A DNA stretch of 64,000 bases from Myxococcota bacterium (GCA_044344255.1 JBIJDH010000012.1:96001-160000); one strand, 5' to 3'. Positions 1 to 10,905 are shown, counted from the stretch's first letter. The notes: generated from the letters alone by a model not told the origin. Program-made: numbers and translations.

Positions 1-68
1 GAGGCCCTGACCGCGGCGGCTCCGCCACCCTGAGGAGGGGTGGCGCCCGGCGATGGCGGAGCGCAGCC

Positions 69-1604
69 TCACAGGTCGAAGGTCACTCCCTGCGCCAGCG
101 GGAGGTCGGGGCTCCAGTTCAGCGTGTTCGTCTGGCGGCGCATATAGGCCTTCCAGGCGTCGCTGCCGGCCTCGCGGCCGCCGCCGGTCTCCTTCTCGCC
201 GCCGAAGGCGCCGCCGATCTCGGCCCCCGAGGTGCCGATGTTGACGTTGGCGATCCCGCAGTCCGAGCCCTGGTGGGAGAGGAAGCGCTCCACCTTGCGA
301 AAGCTGTCCGAGAAGATCGAGCTCGACAGGCCCTGCGGCACCTCGTTGTTCCAGGCGAGGGCCTCATCGAGGGTGTCGTACTCGATCACGTAGAGGATGG
401 GGGCGAAGGTCTCCTCGTGACAGATCGGCGTGTCGTGGTCACAGGCGATCAGCGTGGGCTGGACATAGTGGCCGCGCCGATCGAGGACCTCGCCGCCCGC
501 GAGCACCGTGGCGCCCTGCTCCTTGGCGGTCGTGACGGCGTGCTGGAAGCCGCGCACGGCGTCGGCGTCGATGAGGGGGCCCATCAGCGTGCCATCGGCC
601 AAGGGATCGCCGATGCGCACCTGCCCGTAGGCGGCGACGAGGCGGCGCTTGAGCTCGGCGGCCACCCCGCGCTGCACGAGCACGCGCCGGGTGGTGGTGC
701 AGCGCTGACCGGCGGTGCCGACAGCGCCGAAGAGGATGCCCCGGAGCGCCAGATCGAGGTCTGCGTCCGACTCGACGACGATGGCGTTGTTTCCGCCGAG
801 CTCGAGCAGCGAGCGACCGAGGCGCGCCGCCACCGCCTGCCCGACATGTCGCCCCATGCGGGTGGAGCCCGTCGCGCTGATCAAGGGCAGGCGGCGATCG
901 TGGATCATCGCCTCGCCGATCTCGCGGTCTGCGCCGATGATCAGGCCGAGGGCGCCGCCCCAGCCGGCCTTCTCGAGCACCGCGCTGCAGATCTTGTGGG
1001 TGGCGATCGCGGTGAGCGGAGCCTTGAGCGAGGGCTTCCAGACGACGGTGTCACCGGCGACGAGGCCCACCATCGCATTCCAGGCCCAGACGGCGTTCGG
1101 GAAGTTGAAGGCCGTGATCACGCCGATCGGGCCCAGCGGGTGCCACTGCTCGTACATGCGGTGACGGGGGCGCTCGCTGTGCATCGTCTGGCCGCAGAGC
1201 TGGCGGGACATGCCGACGCAGAAGTCGGCCATGTCGATGGTCTCCTGGACCTCGCCCTGACCCTCCGAGCGCACCTTGCCCACCTCGAGGCTGACGAGCG
1301 CGCCGAGCGCCTCCTTGTTGGCGCGCACGGCGTCGGCCATGCGCCGGACGAGGTCGCCACGCGCAGGGGCCGGCAACATGCGCCACTCGAGGAAGACACG
1401 CTGGGCCTCGGTGATCACGGTCTCGTAGTGGGAGAGGCCGGCGAGCTGGACCTGGGCGAGCGTCTCGCCGGTGCTCGGGTCTTCCGAGGAGACGAGGGCG
1501 CCCCCGGAGGTGTCGAGGGCGCCGCTCGACCAGGCCCCCGAATTGACGGCCTCGAGGCCAAGCTGGGCGAGGACCGCCGAGGGGGTCAGGGTGCCAGGAT
1601 TCAC
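69..1604 (-). CDS. Aldehyde dehydrogenase family 7 (antiquitin / piperideine-6-carboxylate dehydrogenase-like)
   Basis: Motifs ITAFNFP, ISATGSTRMG, LELGGNN, catalytic GQRCTT, EETFAP and GAEIGGAFGGEKETGGGRE, typical of ALDH7. Start moved to GTG at 1604, which has GGAG upstream; the longer ORF start overlaps the divergent gene. Confidence 0.9.
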   Translation of the reverse strand: MNPGTLTPSAVLAQLGLEAVNSGAWSSGALDTSGGALVSSEDPSTGETLAQVQLAGLSHYETVITEAQRVFLEWRMLPAPARGDLVRRMADAVRANKEALGALVSLEVGKVRSEGQGEVQETIDMADFCVGMSRQLCGQTMHSERPRHRMYEQWHPLGPIGVITAFNFPNAVWAWNAMVGLVAGDTVVWKPSLKAPLTAIATHKICSAVLEKAGWGGALGLIIGADREIGEAMIHDRRLPLISATGSTRMGRHVGQAVAARLGRSLLELGGNNAIVVESDADLDLALRGILFGAVGTAGQRCTTTRRVLVQRGVAAELKRRLVAAYGQVRIGDPLADGTLMGPLIDADAVRGFQHAVTTAKEQGATVLAGGEVLDRRGHYVQPTLIACDHDTPICHEETFAPILYVIEYDTLDEALAWNNEVPQGLSSSIFSDSFRKVERFLSHQGSDCGIANVNIGTSGAEIGGAFGGEKETGGGREAGSDAWKAYMRRQTNTLNWSPDLPLAQGVTFDL

Positions 1605-1754
1605 GGAGCGCTCCAGGTCAGGCAGGCGGCGCGGGGGGCCTGCGGGAGCCCAGCGGGTAACCCGGGCCCCCAGGCAGGGCGATAGGGGTGGCGGGAACCG
1701 ACTGGGCGCGCCGCGGGTCAGCCCAGGTTCGGGGAACGCCCCGTCGGAGCCGCC

Positions 1755-2843
1755 ATGCACCCCTCCCTCCTCCCCGCCCCCTCTCGGGCCCCCCGTCCCC
1801 TCCCCCGCTCGGCCCTCGCCCTCGCCCTCACCCTCGCCTTTGCCGCAGCGGGCCTCGCCGCCGCCGGGCCGGCCCACGCCGAAGACGCGGTGAAGCTCGA
1901 GATCGTCCGCAAGGGCCAGATCGGCCAGTCGAAGCCCGCCCTCATCGTTCGCGCCCAGCAAGCGGCGACGGCGCTCGACGTCTCCCTCGGCTGCGGGGCG
2001 GTGAAGGTGGCGCGTCACGGTGGCGCCACGGCCGGCGAGGCCATCCGCCTCGACCTCGACCTACCGGTGGGCGCGCACACCTGTAAGGGCAGCCTCTCCG
2101 TGGTGCTGGGGGACGGGAGCGAGGGCGTCATGCCGCTCTCTTTCCAGGTCGAGGTGCTGCGGCCCCTCGTCATCACCGTCGACCGCGACTCGGTCGATCT
2201 CCGGCGCCGCGAGCTCGAGCTCTCGCTCGACCGCAGCCCCGGCCGCATCGACATCGTCGCCTACGATCCAGATGGGCAGAAGATCGGAGGCGGGACGATG
2301 CCCGTCTCGGGCGTCGGGCCGGGGAGCCCGGTGCGGGTCGGCTGGCAGAGTGAGGGCGACACGCTGCGCCTCGAGGTGGTCGCCACCGACACCGACGGCT
2401 TCAGCTCCAAGCTCGACCTCTTCCCCTGGTCCTACGCGATCCCGCACGAGGACGTGATCTTCGCCTCCAACGAGGCGGTGGTGCAGCCGGGGGAGACCGC
2501 CAAGCTCAAGGCCGCCCAGGGCGAGGTGAACACCGTGGTGAAGCGGTACGGCGCCTTCGCCACCGTGAACCTCTACATCGGCGGTTACACCGACACCGTC
2601 GGCAACCCCGGCCACAACCAGACGCTCTCCGAGCAGCGGGCCCAAGCCATCGCCCGCTGGTTCAAGGAGCAGGGCTTCAGCGGGCAGATCTGGTACCAGG
2701 GCTTCGGCGAGCGCGGCCTCGCCGTGCCCACCGCCGACGAGGTGGACGAGGCCCGGAACCGGCGCGCCCTCTACATCGTCGCCGCCGACACCCCGAACAT
2801 CACCGCAGAGATGCCCGCGGCGAGCTGGAAGGCCCTCAAATAG
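1755..2843 (+). CDS. Secreted protein with C-terminal OmpA-like peptidoglycan-binding domain
   Basis: Signal peptide (…GPAHA-ED); C-terminal GYTDTVG…NQTLSEQRA…GFGE…NRR OmpA_C motifs. Confidence 0.85.
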   Translation: MHPSLLPAPSRAPRPLPRSALALALTLAFAAAGLAAAGPAHAEDAVKLEIVRKGQIGQSKPALIVRAQQAATALDVSLGCGAVKVARHGGATAGEAIRLDLDLPVGAHTCKGSLSVVLGDGSEGVMPLSFQVEVLRPLVITVDRDSVDLRRRELELSLDRSPGRIDIVAYDPDGQKIGGGTMPVSGVGPGSPVRVGWQSEGDTLRLEVVATDTDGFSSKLDLFPWSYAIPHEDVIFASNEAVVQPGETAKLKAAQGEVNTVVKRYGAFATVNLYIGGYTDTVGNPGHNQTLSEQRAQAIARWFKEQGFSGQIWYQGFGERGLAVPTADEVDEARNRRALYIVAADTPNITAEMPAASWKALK

Positions 2844-2883
2844 GCGGCTTCGCCGGTCACCACGTCGGCGGCTTCGCCGGTCA
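2843..2883. repeat. 17-bp direct repeat (GGCGGCTTCGCCGGTCA x2, period 24) between convergent genes
   Basis: Exact copies at 2843-2859 and 2867-2883; each can form a small CGGC-TTC-GCCG hairpin. Confidence 0.7.
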
Positions 2884-3519
2884 GAGGTGCCGCACCTTCA
2901 CGAGCCGGCCCGCCACGCGTACGCGCTTGTTGGCCGTGCAGGTGTAGGCGGCGCCGATGTAGACCTCGTCGAGGACACCCACCCCGCCCCCCTCGAGCGC
3001 GATGAGGCCCTCGGGGCCGACGAAGCCCGACAGCCGTCCGGCCATCCAACGGGCGTGGTGCGCGGCGCAGAAGCCCGTCCGGTGAGCACGCTCCCCACAG
3101 CCCTCGACCCGACAAGGGGTGGACTCGGCCTGCGGAGCGGACGGGAGGATGGGGGAGACATCGAGGACGGGGGGCGCCCCGGCCGGAGCGGACGCCGCCT
3201 CAGCCGCCTCGGCCTGCGCCGCGCGCAGGGCCTCGAGCGCCGCACGGAGGGCCGAGCTCTCCGCCTCGAAGGCCGCGCGGAGGGTCGAGACCTCCGCTTG
3301 TAAGGCCGTGACCCGCTGCTCTCCCCCCTCCACCCGCTGCTCGAGCGCGAGGACGCTGTCCTTCATGGCGGCGATGGAGTCTCGGAGGGCGCGCAGCTCA
3401 GCAGGGCCGGCATAGCCGTGGTCCTGGAGCACCTCGGTGACGATGGTGCGAACGGGCCCCTCGACGATCCGCCCGGCGGGTCGAGAGAGGGCGGCGGCGA
3501 GGATGTCGGAGAGGGGCAT
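2881..3519 (-). CDS. Hypothetical coiled-coil protein with a C-x4-C-x9-C-x2-H zinc finger (VegA-like)
   Basis: Heptad-rich N-terminal half, Ala/Pro linker, CRVEGCGERAHRTGFCAAHHARW; ATG at 3519 with GGAG upstream. Confidence 0.7.
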   Translation of the reverse strand: MPLSDILAAALSRPAGRIVEGPVRTIVTEVLQDHGYAGPAELRALRDSIAAMKDSVLALEQRVEGGEQRVTALQAEVSTLRAAFEAESSALRAALEALRAAQAEAAEAASAPAGAPPVLDVSPILPSAPQAESTPCRVEGCGERAHRTGFCAAHHARWMAGRLSGFVGPEGLIALEGGGVGVLDEVYIGAAYTCTANKRVRVAGRLVKVRHL

Positions 3520-3545
3520 GGGCCCTCCAGCCACCCGGGGGTGGT

Positions 3546-4796
3546 TCAGCTCAGGGTGGGGTCGTCCTCCCGCAGCTCCGCCTCAATCCGGCGCAGCGGC
3601 GCGACGGCGAGGGTGCCGTGGGCGACCGGCAGCGCCGGGCGGGTCGGATGATGCAGGTCCAAGGCGAAGATCTGCGCGCTGGCCTCAGCGCCGTTGGCCC
3701 GGGGGTCGGGCCAGGCGGCGTAGACGAGCGTGGAACCGTCCGGGGTCACCAGCGGGTGACTGCGGGCGTATTGTTCAAAGAAGTGCAGGTGAAAGAGCTG
3801 ATCTCGAGTGGGTCGGAAGGCCGCGAGGCGCTCGTCGACCGTGCTGTCGAGGCGCCGGCGCCACCACCAAAGGCAGCCCCGCCGCGCGTCCACCGTGGCG
3901 AAGAGCAAGCCGCCACCGTCGGGCTCCCAGAAGAAGGCCATCAGGGGCTGCTCGACGAGCGGCCGGATGTCGCTCCCCTCGGAGCTGAGCAGCCAGATGC
4001 CCTGGTAGGGCGTCATCTCACCGCCCGGCGCGTGGGCGAGCGCGAGGCGACGGCCGGCCGGATCGGGGAGGAGCGCGACGAGGCCCTCCATCGCCGCGAG
4101 CTCGTGCCGGTTGCGACCGTCGGCGTCCGAGGCGACCACGCGGGCCGAGGTGCCGCCGCCGGTCACATAGATCGCCCGCTCGCCGATGAAGACCGGCACG
4201 CAGAAGGAGCCCGGGCGGTCATCAAAGAGGCTGTCCTCGCCCATCGTGGGGCGGCGCACCATCAGCCGGCCCGGTCGCTCCTTCTTGCCGCCGGCGTGCA
4301 CCAGCAGGCCCTCGCCGTCCGGCGTCCAGGAGCAGAACAGCGGCACACCCTTGTCTACGATGCGCTTGTGGCCCACCCGATCGAGGCGACAGACCTGGAG
4401 CTCGAGCTCGTCTTCGTCTTGCGCCAAGACGGCGAGGCGGGCGCTGTCGGGGCTCCACTGCGCATAGATCGGCAGCTGGCCTGCCAGATCGAGGAGCTGG
4501 AGCTCTTCGACGCCGTCCACCTCCACCACGTTGACCGAGGCGTCGGCGAGGTCGTCCTCCCCGCCGGGGCTCCGAAAGCAGGCGATCCACCGACCATCCG
4601 GGGACCAGCAGGGCCAAGCGCAGGCGTCGCTGCCGCCCAGGTTCCAGGCGCCTTCGGAGGGGCCGCCGCGGGTCGAGAAGGTGATGGCCCGACGGTCACT
4701 GCCATCGACGCCCATCACATGCACCTGGCGATCCGGGCCGATATAGGCAAAACGAGCCTTGCTGGCCACGATCCCCCCGAGGCCGAGCTCAGCCAC
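3546..4796 (-). CDS. TolB-like beta-propeller (PD40 repeat) protein
   Basis: Repeated WSPDG / WSPDS / WTPDG / WEPDG / VTPDG motifs. Confidence 0.8.
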   Translation of the reverse strand: MAELGLGGIVASKARFAYIGPDRQVHVMGVDGSDRRAITFSTRGGPSEGAWNLGGSDACAWPCWSPDGRWIACFRSPGGEDDLADASVNVVEVDGVEELQLLDLAGQLPIYAQWSPDSARLAVLAQDEDELELQVCRLDRVGHKRIVDKGVPLFCSWTPDGEGLLVHAGGKKERPGRLMVRRPTMGEDSLFDDRPGSFCVPVFIGERAIYVTGGGTSARVVASDADGRNRHELAAMEGLVALLPDPAGRRLALAHAPGGEMTPYQGIWLLSSEGSDIRPLVEQPLMAFFWEPDGGGLLFATVDARRGCLWWWRRRLDSTVDERLAAFRPTRDQLFHLHFFEQYARSHPLVTPDGSTLVYAAWPDPRANGAEASAQIFALDLHHPTRPALPVAHGTLAVAPLRRIEAELREDDPTLS

Positions 4797-5214
4797 CGAA
4801 GAGGCGCGAGGCGAGGAAGGCCTGGACGGCCACCGCGAAGAAGGGGAGCGCCATCGCCACGTTCGGCGCCGGCTTGATCCCCATCGTGCCTGCCCGATCC
4901 CGCTCCAGCTCCTCGTCGAGCTCGCTGGACAGGCTGGCCGAGAGGGCCGCGCCCGCCGAGCGCGCCTTGAGGGCGAAGGCGATGGCGGCGTCGTGGTTGG
5001 CTCCGAAGGACGCGAGGCCCATGCCGGTGCCGAAGAAGCCGAGCATGATGAGGCCGACCGGCCCGCCTCGAAAGATCGAGCCGACGGTCCACACCAGCAG
5101 CAGGACGCCGGTGAGGAGCAACGGCGCGCCAGCCCAGCGGAGGGATGCGTGCCGCTCGGCCACTCGGGCGTCCGCTTGGGCGGCGCTCTGGCTGGTTCCG
5201 GTGGTTGTGCTCAT
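4789..5214 (-). CDS. Small membrane protein of unknown function
   Basis: About three hydrophobic segments; overlaps the start of the TolB-like gene, suggesting coupling. Confidence 0.6.
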   Translation of the reverse strand: MSTTTGTSQSAAQADARVAERHASLRWAGAPLLLTGVLLLVWTVGSIFRGGPVGLIMLGFFGTGMGLASFGANHDAAIAFALKARSAGAALSASLSSELDEELERDRAGTMGIKPAPNVAMALPFFAVAVQAFLASRLFGG

Positions 5215-5353
5215 CTTCCGCTCACTCAAGGCACACGGTGGGGTGGCGTGGGACCGACCGCGATCTCCGACGCAGCTCTGTCATACCACCGGGCTCATAC
5301 CACGGGGCCGGGCGAGGGGGGAGCGCCCCGGCTATGCTCGCTGCGAGGTCTCG

Positions 5354-6193
5354 ATGCACGCCGCTTCCCCCTCGATCTCCCGTCGGTCCGGCCCCCGCTT
5401 CGGCCCGCTCTGGATCCTGCTCGGCCTGCTCGGCTCGGCCCCCGCCGCCGCCGGCCCAGGGGAGGTCCCCGCCGCCGACCCCGCCGCCGACCCCGCCGCC
5501 GCCTTGGCCGCGCAGCTCCGCGCCTGGCAGCCGCTACGGGCGCCCGTGGAGCCTCCCCGCATCCAAGAGTCGGATGTCCGCGCCGCCCTGGCCGGCGCCA
5601 CGGTGAAGGGGGTCGTGACCGTCGAGGGCGTGGCCGCGGGCAAGGCCTACGGCATGAGGGTCTTCAACGTGCCGGTCGAGGTGGCCTGGAAGGCGGTCAC
5701 CGACGACGCGCACCGCGCGGAGCACATGCCAGTGTCCGACAGCCGCATCGTGCGCGGCGCTGCCCGCACCCACGACCACCTGCTGTACCAGTACCTGCCC
5801 GTCCCGCTCTTCACCGATCGCTGGTGGATCACCCGAATCCGCTACAACAGCGCGCTGTACCAGAAGAGCGGCGGCCTCGCCTGGGAGATGTACTTCTCCG
5901 ACGCCCACCAGGACCCCACCGCGATGGCCCTGGTCTCCCCCGAGACGCTCGGGGACTCCATCCCCCTCGCTTGGACGAAGGGCGCTTGGCTCCTCGTGAA
6001 GCTCGATGAGGAGCACACCTTCGGTGCGTATTACATCTGGAGCGATCCCGGCGGCAACTTCCCGGCCGGCCCCGCCTCTCGCTTCTCGGCGATCACGATG
6101 GGCAACACCGTCGACGCCATGGGCCGGATCGCCGAGGGCCACGCGAAGACCTGCAACGGCACCTTCATCCGCCCAGACGGCCAGCCCCTCTGA
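5354..6193 (+). CDS. Secreted START/SRPBCC-like ligand-binding protein
   Basis: Signal peptide, PAAD repeat linker, VPVEVAWKAVTD…YQYLPVPLFTDRW…GAW…SDPGGNFP pattern; ATG at 5354 with GAGG upstream. Confidence 0.6.
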   Translation: MHAASPSISRRSGPRFGPLWILLGLLGSAPAAAGPGEVPAADPAADPAAALAAQLRAWQPLRAPVEPPRIQESDVRAALAGATVKGVVTVEGVAAGKAYGMRVFNVPVEVAWKAVTDDAHRAEHMPVSDSRIVRGAARTHDHLLYQYLPVPLFTDRWWITRIRYNSALYQKSGGLAWEMYFSDAHQDPTAMALVSPETLGDSIPLAWTKGAWLLVKLDEEHTFGAYYIWSDPGGNFPAGPASRFSAITMGNTVDAMGRIAEGHAKTCNGTFIRPDGQPL

Positions 6194-6264
6194 GCCCGGA
6201 GCCGGTCGGCCCGCAGCCAGCGCGCCCGGAAGCCGAGCGGATGCTGGCGGTATAAGAACCCACC

Positions 6265-6915
6265 ATGGAATCGCCGCAGACCTTCACTGAGCTCCTCGAA
6301 CAAGGCGGGCCCGTCCTCGTCTTCATGGGCGCCTCCTCCGTCGTGGTGCTCGCGCTGGCCACCGAGCGCCTGCTCGCCACCGCGCGGGCCGGCAGCGTCG
6401 CCGAGCGGGCCGACAAGGCCGTCGTCGAGCCGCTCCGGCGCGGCGACGTCGAGGAGGCCCGCCGGGTCGCCGACACCCTCCCCTCTCCCTACCGGGAGAT
6501 CTTCACGAGCGGCCTCGACCGAGCGATGGGGCGAGTTCGGGGCGAGCCCGCGGTCGCCATGCACCGGGAGCTCCGCCGCATGATGGGCGTGCTGCGCGCG
6601 CGGGTGTGGATGCTCGGCACCGCGGGCGCGCTGATGCCCTTCGCAGGCCTCCTCGGCACCGTGATCGGCGTGATGGCCTCCTTCAGCGCGATCGGCAGCT
6701 CCGGCAAGGGCGGCTTCGCGGTGGTGTCAGGGGGCATCTCCGAGGCCCTCATCGCCACGGCCGCCGGCCTGTTCGTGGCCATCGAGGCGGTGCTGTTCTT
6801 CAACGTCCTCCAGAACCTCACCGGCGGCGTCGGGCGCCGCTACTCCCTGCTCGTAGACGAGGCGATCGAGCTCTTGACCGCGCGGAGGCGGGACGATGCA
6901 GGGCCCACCGACTGA
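6265..6915 (+). CDS. MotA/TolQ/ExbB proton-channel family protein
   Basis: LGTAGALMPFAGLLGTVIGVM…GGISEALIATAAGLFVAI. Confidence 0.9.
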   Translation: MESPQTFTELLEQGGPVLVFMGASSVVVLALATERLLATARAGSVAERADKAVVEPLRRGDVEEARRVADTLPSPYREIFTSGLDRAMGRVRGEPAVAMHRELRRMMGVLRARVWMLGTAGALMPFAGLLGTVIGVMASFSAIGSSGKGGFAVVSGGISEALIATAAGLFVAIEAVLFFNVLQNLTGGVGRRYSLLVDEAIELLTARRRDDAGPTD

Positions 6916-7363
6916 GCGGGAGGACTGGGACTCTGACGATCCCATCTTCGCCGACATCAACATCACGCCGCTCACCGACGTGTTCCTCGTCCTGCTCATC
7001 ATCTTCATGGTGGTCTCCTCGAGCATCGTCGAGGAGGAGCGGGAGAGCAGCACCGGCAAGAAGAAGCTCGACGAGAGCGCGCTGCAGGTCAAGACGCCCC
7101 AGGGCACCGGCACGAGCGTGGTGATGGCCCAGGACGTCGTCATCACCGTCCTCGCAGATGGCACCGTCACGATGGAGGGGGCGAGCTTCCCCTTCGGCGA
7201 GCTCAAGGGCCACCTGCTGGCCCGCACGAAGGAGGAGCCGCCCCCCCGCGTGGTGGTGCGCGGCGACGAGCAAGCCGTCTACAAGCTCGTCTGGGAGGTC
7301 ATGAGCGTCGCCCGCGCGGCGGGCTACCCCGACGTGGCCCTGGCGGCGCGTCCGAAGCCGTAG
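6896..7363 (+). CDS. ExbD/TolR family protein
   Basis: DINITPLTDVFLVLLIIFMV and VRGDE…Y…VM…A…AG motifs; overlaps the exbB-like gene. Confidence 0.9.
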   Translation: MQGPPTEREDWDSDDPIFADINITPLTDVFLVLLIIFMVVSSSIVEEERESSTGKKKLDESALQVKTPQGTGTSVVMAQDVVITVLADGTVTMEGASFPFGELKGHLLARTKEEPPPRVVVRGDEQAVYKLVWEVMSVARAAGYPDVALAARPKP

Positions 7364-7399
7364 CCGCCTCGACGAGCGCCCCACCGGCCCGCCGCGGCC

Positions 7400-8980
7400 T
7401 CACTTCATCTGGTTGGCGACCCGCTTGAGCTCGCGCAGCGTCGTGATCTCGAGCAGCTTCCCCTTCACGGCGAAGGTGGAGAGCTTCTGGAGCTTCCGGA
7501 CGTTCTCGCCGTATCGATAAGCAGTGCCCCAGAAGGCGTCATACTTCTTCTGGTTGAACTTGCGCACAAAGCTGTCGTTACCGAGGAACTGGACGACCTC
7601 CTTCGGCAGGTTGTTGAACAGCGTCAGGAAGAACAAGAAGTTCAGGTAGCTGCCCGCCGGAGAGTGGAACTCCTTGCGGTAGATCTGATTGTACTCATCA
7701 GAGACGAAGCCGTCCTCGATGGCCTTGTGGTAGAACTCGGTGCCCGGATAGGGCACAAGCGAGCTCGGCAGCAGGTTGTACGGCGGCGGGAGGGTCCAGA
7801 GAAGGCGGAGGCCCTTCATGGAGTCTTCGGTCGACTCCCAAGGATTATCCAGGATCATGTGATAGTCCGGGATCTGGATATAGTCCTTGTACTTGCTGAT
7901 GATGTTGACAGCCTTGAGGAGCTGTTCGTTCGTCATCCCCCGCCGGTACATGCGCATCGTGTCCGACGAGCCCGTCTGGATGCCGAGCTCCGTGAAGCAG
8001 AGGCCGGCCTCGATGAGGGCGCTGTACTTCTCCTCGTTGATGGTGGTGGGCGAGCACTGCGCCCGGAAGGGCAGACCCACCTCGCGCTTCCAGACGTCGG
8101 AGAACTTGCGGATCTCCTCGTTCGAGGTGCTGAAGAAGACGTCATCCTGGTAGTGGACGAGGCCGATCTCGGGGAAGCGGCGCAGCACCTCCTTCATCTC
8201 GGCGACCATGTGCTCGACGGAGCGACGGCGGAGATACCGTTGCCCCTTGTACAGATCATGGTTGAATGCGACGCCACAGTAGCTGCACTTGTGCGGGCAG
8301 CCTCGGGTGATCATCGTCTTGTAGGTGTAGCGCATGTCCCCGTTCCGATCGGGGTACCGGGGCATCCGCTGCTTGAAGACCTCCCAGGTGAGCGGGATGA
8401 GGTGCGCCCCCGCCTCGTCCCAGGTCCAGTCGTCGTCGAAGGTGTAGTCCTGGAACGGGAGGGTATCGAGGTCTTGGATCAAGGGGCGGTGGGGGTTTCC
8501 GACCACCTTCCCGTTCGGCTTTCGAAACCAGAAGTTGCGGACGTCGGTGTAGTCCTCGCCGGCCTCGAGGCGCTGCACGAGCTCGAGGATCGCGTGCTCT
8601 CCCTCTCCCACGCAGACCATGTCGACAAATTCGAGGGCCTGCTGCGGCATGGTGGTGGGGTGGAAGCCGCCCCACATGATGGGGCGGGCGGGCTTGGCCA
8701 TCTGCAGGGCCCGGGTGGCCTGGACGGCGACGTCGAACATCGTCGTCAGGAAGGAGATGCCGATGAGATCGGCCTCCGCGCACACCCGGACGAGGTCATC
8801 GACCATCGTCTGGGCCATCTGCATGATGTAGCCCTCGCGGACGTGCAGGTGGCTGTAGGTGTCGGCCGGCAAGAAGACCTGACGCACCGTGTGACCGTGC
8901 AGCTTCAGGTAGGCGGTGAGCGTACGGATGCACGGGGAGTAGTGGTCAGCCGGGGTCGGGTTGATGAGGACGATGTTCAT
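7400..8980 (-). CDS. B12-binding domain radical SAM protein
   Basis: N-terminal cobalamin-binding region (WGGFHPT, GEGE), TRGCPHKCSYC, DDVF. Confidence 0.9.
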   Translation of the reverse strand: MNIVLINPTPADHYSPCIRTLTAYLKLHGHTVRQVFLPADTYSHLHVREGYIMQMAQTMVDDLVRVCAEADLIGISFLTTMFDVAVQATRALQMAKPARPIMWGGFHPTTMPQQALEFVDMVCVGEGEHAILELVQRLEAGEDYTDVRNFWFRKPNGKVVGNPHRPLIQDLDTLPFQDYTFDDDWTWDEAGAHLIPLTWEVFKQRMPRYPDRNGDMRYTYKTMITRGCPHKCSYCGVAFNHDLYKGQRYLRRRSVEHMVAEMKEVLRRFPEIGLVHYQDDVFFSTSNEEIRKFSDVWKREVGLPFRAQCSPTTINEEKYSALIEAGLCFTELGIQTGSSDTMRMYRRGMTNEQLLKAVNIISKYKDYIQIPDYHMILDNPWESTEDSMKGLRLLWTLPPPYNLLPSSLVPYPGTEFYHKAIEDGFVSDEYNQIYRKEFHSPAGSYLNFLFFLTLFNNLPKEVVQFLGNDSFVRKFNQKKYDAFWGTAYRYGENVRKLQKLSTFAVKGKLLEITTLRELKRVANQMK

Positions 8981-9147
8981 CCGTACTCCTGCAGATCCCC
9001 GACAGGTCCTGCGCTGGCAGGCACGTCGAGATCCAGCCCAGAGCTACCCCGGCCGAGCCGCAGCGGTAGCCCTGAATCGGAGCCCTCCCGCCCTCCCGGC
9101 CGACGGCTCCGCGCCAGGGCTGACGGTCGAGGCCCCCACATCTCGCC

Positions 9148-9176
9148 TTGACATCTCCCGGCGCTCCCCGTAGATC
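9148..9176 (+). promoter_or_regulatory. Candidate sigma70-type promoter of metK
   Basis: Perfect TTGACA (9148-9153), 17-nt spacer, then an imperfect -10 TAGATC. Confidence 0.45.
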
Positions 9177-9302
9177 CCCGCCTCGCGCCCGCAGCGGAGC
9201 CCTCCCGGGACAGGGAGTCACGGGTTTCACGGCGGTCCGGCTCACCGAACCTGTGCGTTTCTGAGATACCGCCGACCGGCACCAGCAAGGAGACTCGACC
9301 GA

Positions 9303-10472
<1,170 letters not shown>

Positions 10473-10498
10473 GCGGAGGGTTCACCCCGCCTCACGAG

Positions 10499-10524
10499 CA
10501 GCCGGGCCAGCGATGGTCCGGCTG
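10499..10524 (+). terminator. Hairpin downstream of metK (possible intrinsic terminator)
   Basis: CAGCCGGGCCA-GCGA-TGGTCCGGCTG: 11-bp stem with one G-U pair and a GNRA loop; weak U tract. Confidence 0.5.
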
Positions 10525-10572
10525 TCTCTGCGTTGAGCGCGGCGCGAGCGGGGAGTCACGGACGGAGAATCC

Positions 10573-10905
10573 ATGAAGGGGCTGTCGTATTGGCGTCGGG
10601 TCTTCGCGGTCGGGGTGGTGGCGAGCCTGCCCACGGGGCTCTTGCTCGGCTTCCTCACCCTCGGGAGCCCGCTCCAGCGCTACGCGAGCGAGGCGGACGT
10701 CGGCTTCGGCTCCGGCGCGCTCGTCTTCGCGGTCACCGGGCTCATCCTCACCCGCGGCCTGCGGGCCGAGCTCCGCGCCGGGGCCAAGCTCGAGCCGAAG
10801 ATGCGCCGCCTGCTCGCCTGGACGGCCTACCTCCTGCTGGGCGGCTCCGGCATCTTCTTCGGCTGTGTGCTCCGTGTGCTGTACCGAACCTTCATCGCGA
10901 GCTGA
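10573..10905 (+). CDS. Small membrane protein of unknown function (about 3 TM)
   Basis: GGAG RBS, three hydrophobic segments, GC3-rich frame. Confidence 0.65.
   Translation: MKGLSYWRRVFAVGVVASLPTGLLLGFLTLGSPLQRYASEADVGFGSGALVFAVTGLILTRGLRAELRAGAKLEPKMRRLLAWTAYLLLGGSGIFFGCVLRVLYRTFIAS

Noticed and set aside
1605..2018. N-terminal 138-codon extension of the ALDH ORF
   Set aside because: Low-complexity sequence that overlaps the divergent OmpA-like gene; GTG 1604 has an RBS and gives a normal ALDH length.
9177..9302. Known SAM-I/II/III or SAH riboswitch upstream of metK
   Set aside because: Consensus elements could not be matched by eye; kept only as an unknown structured-leader candidate.
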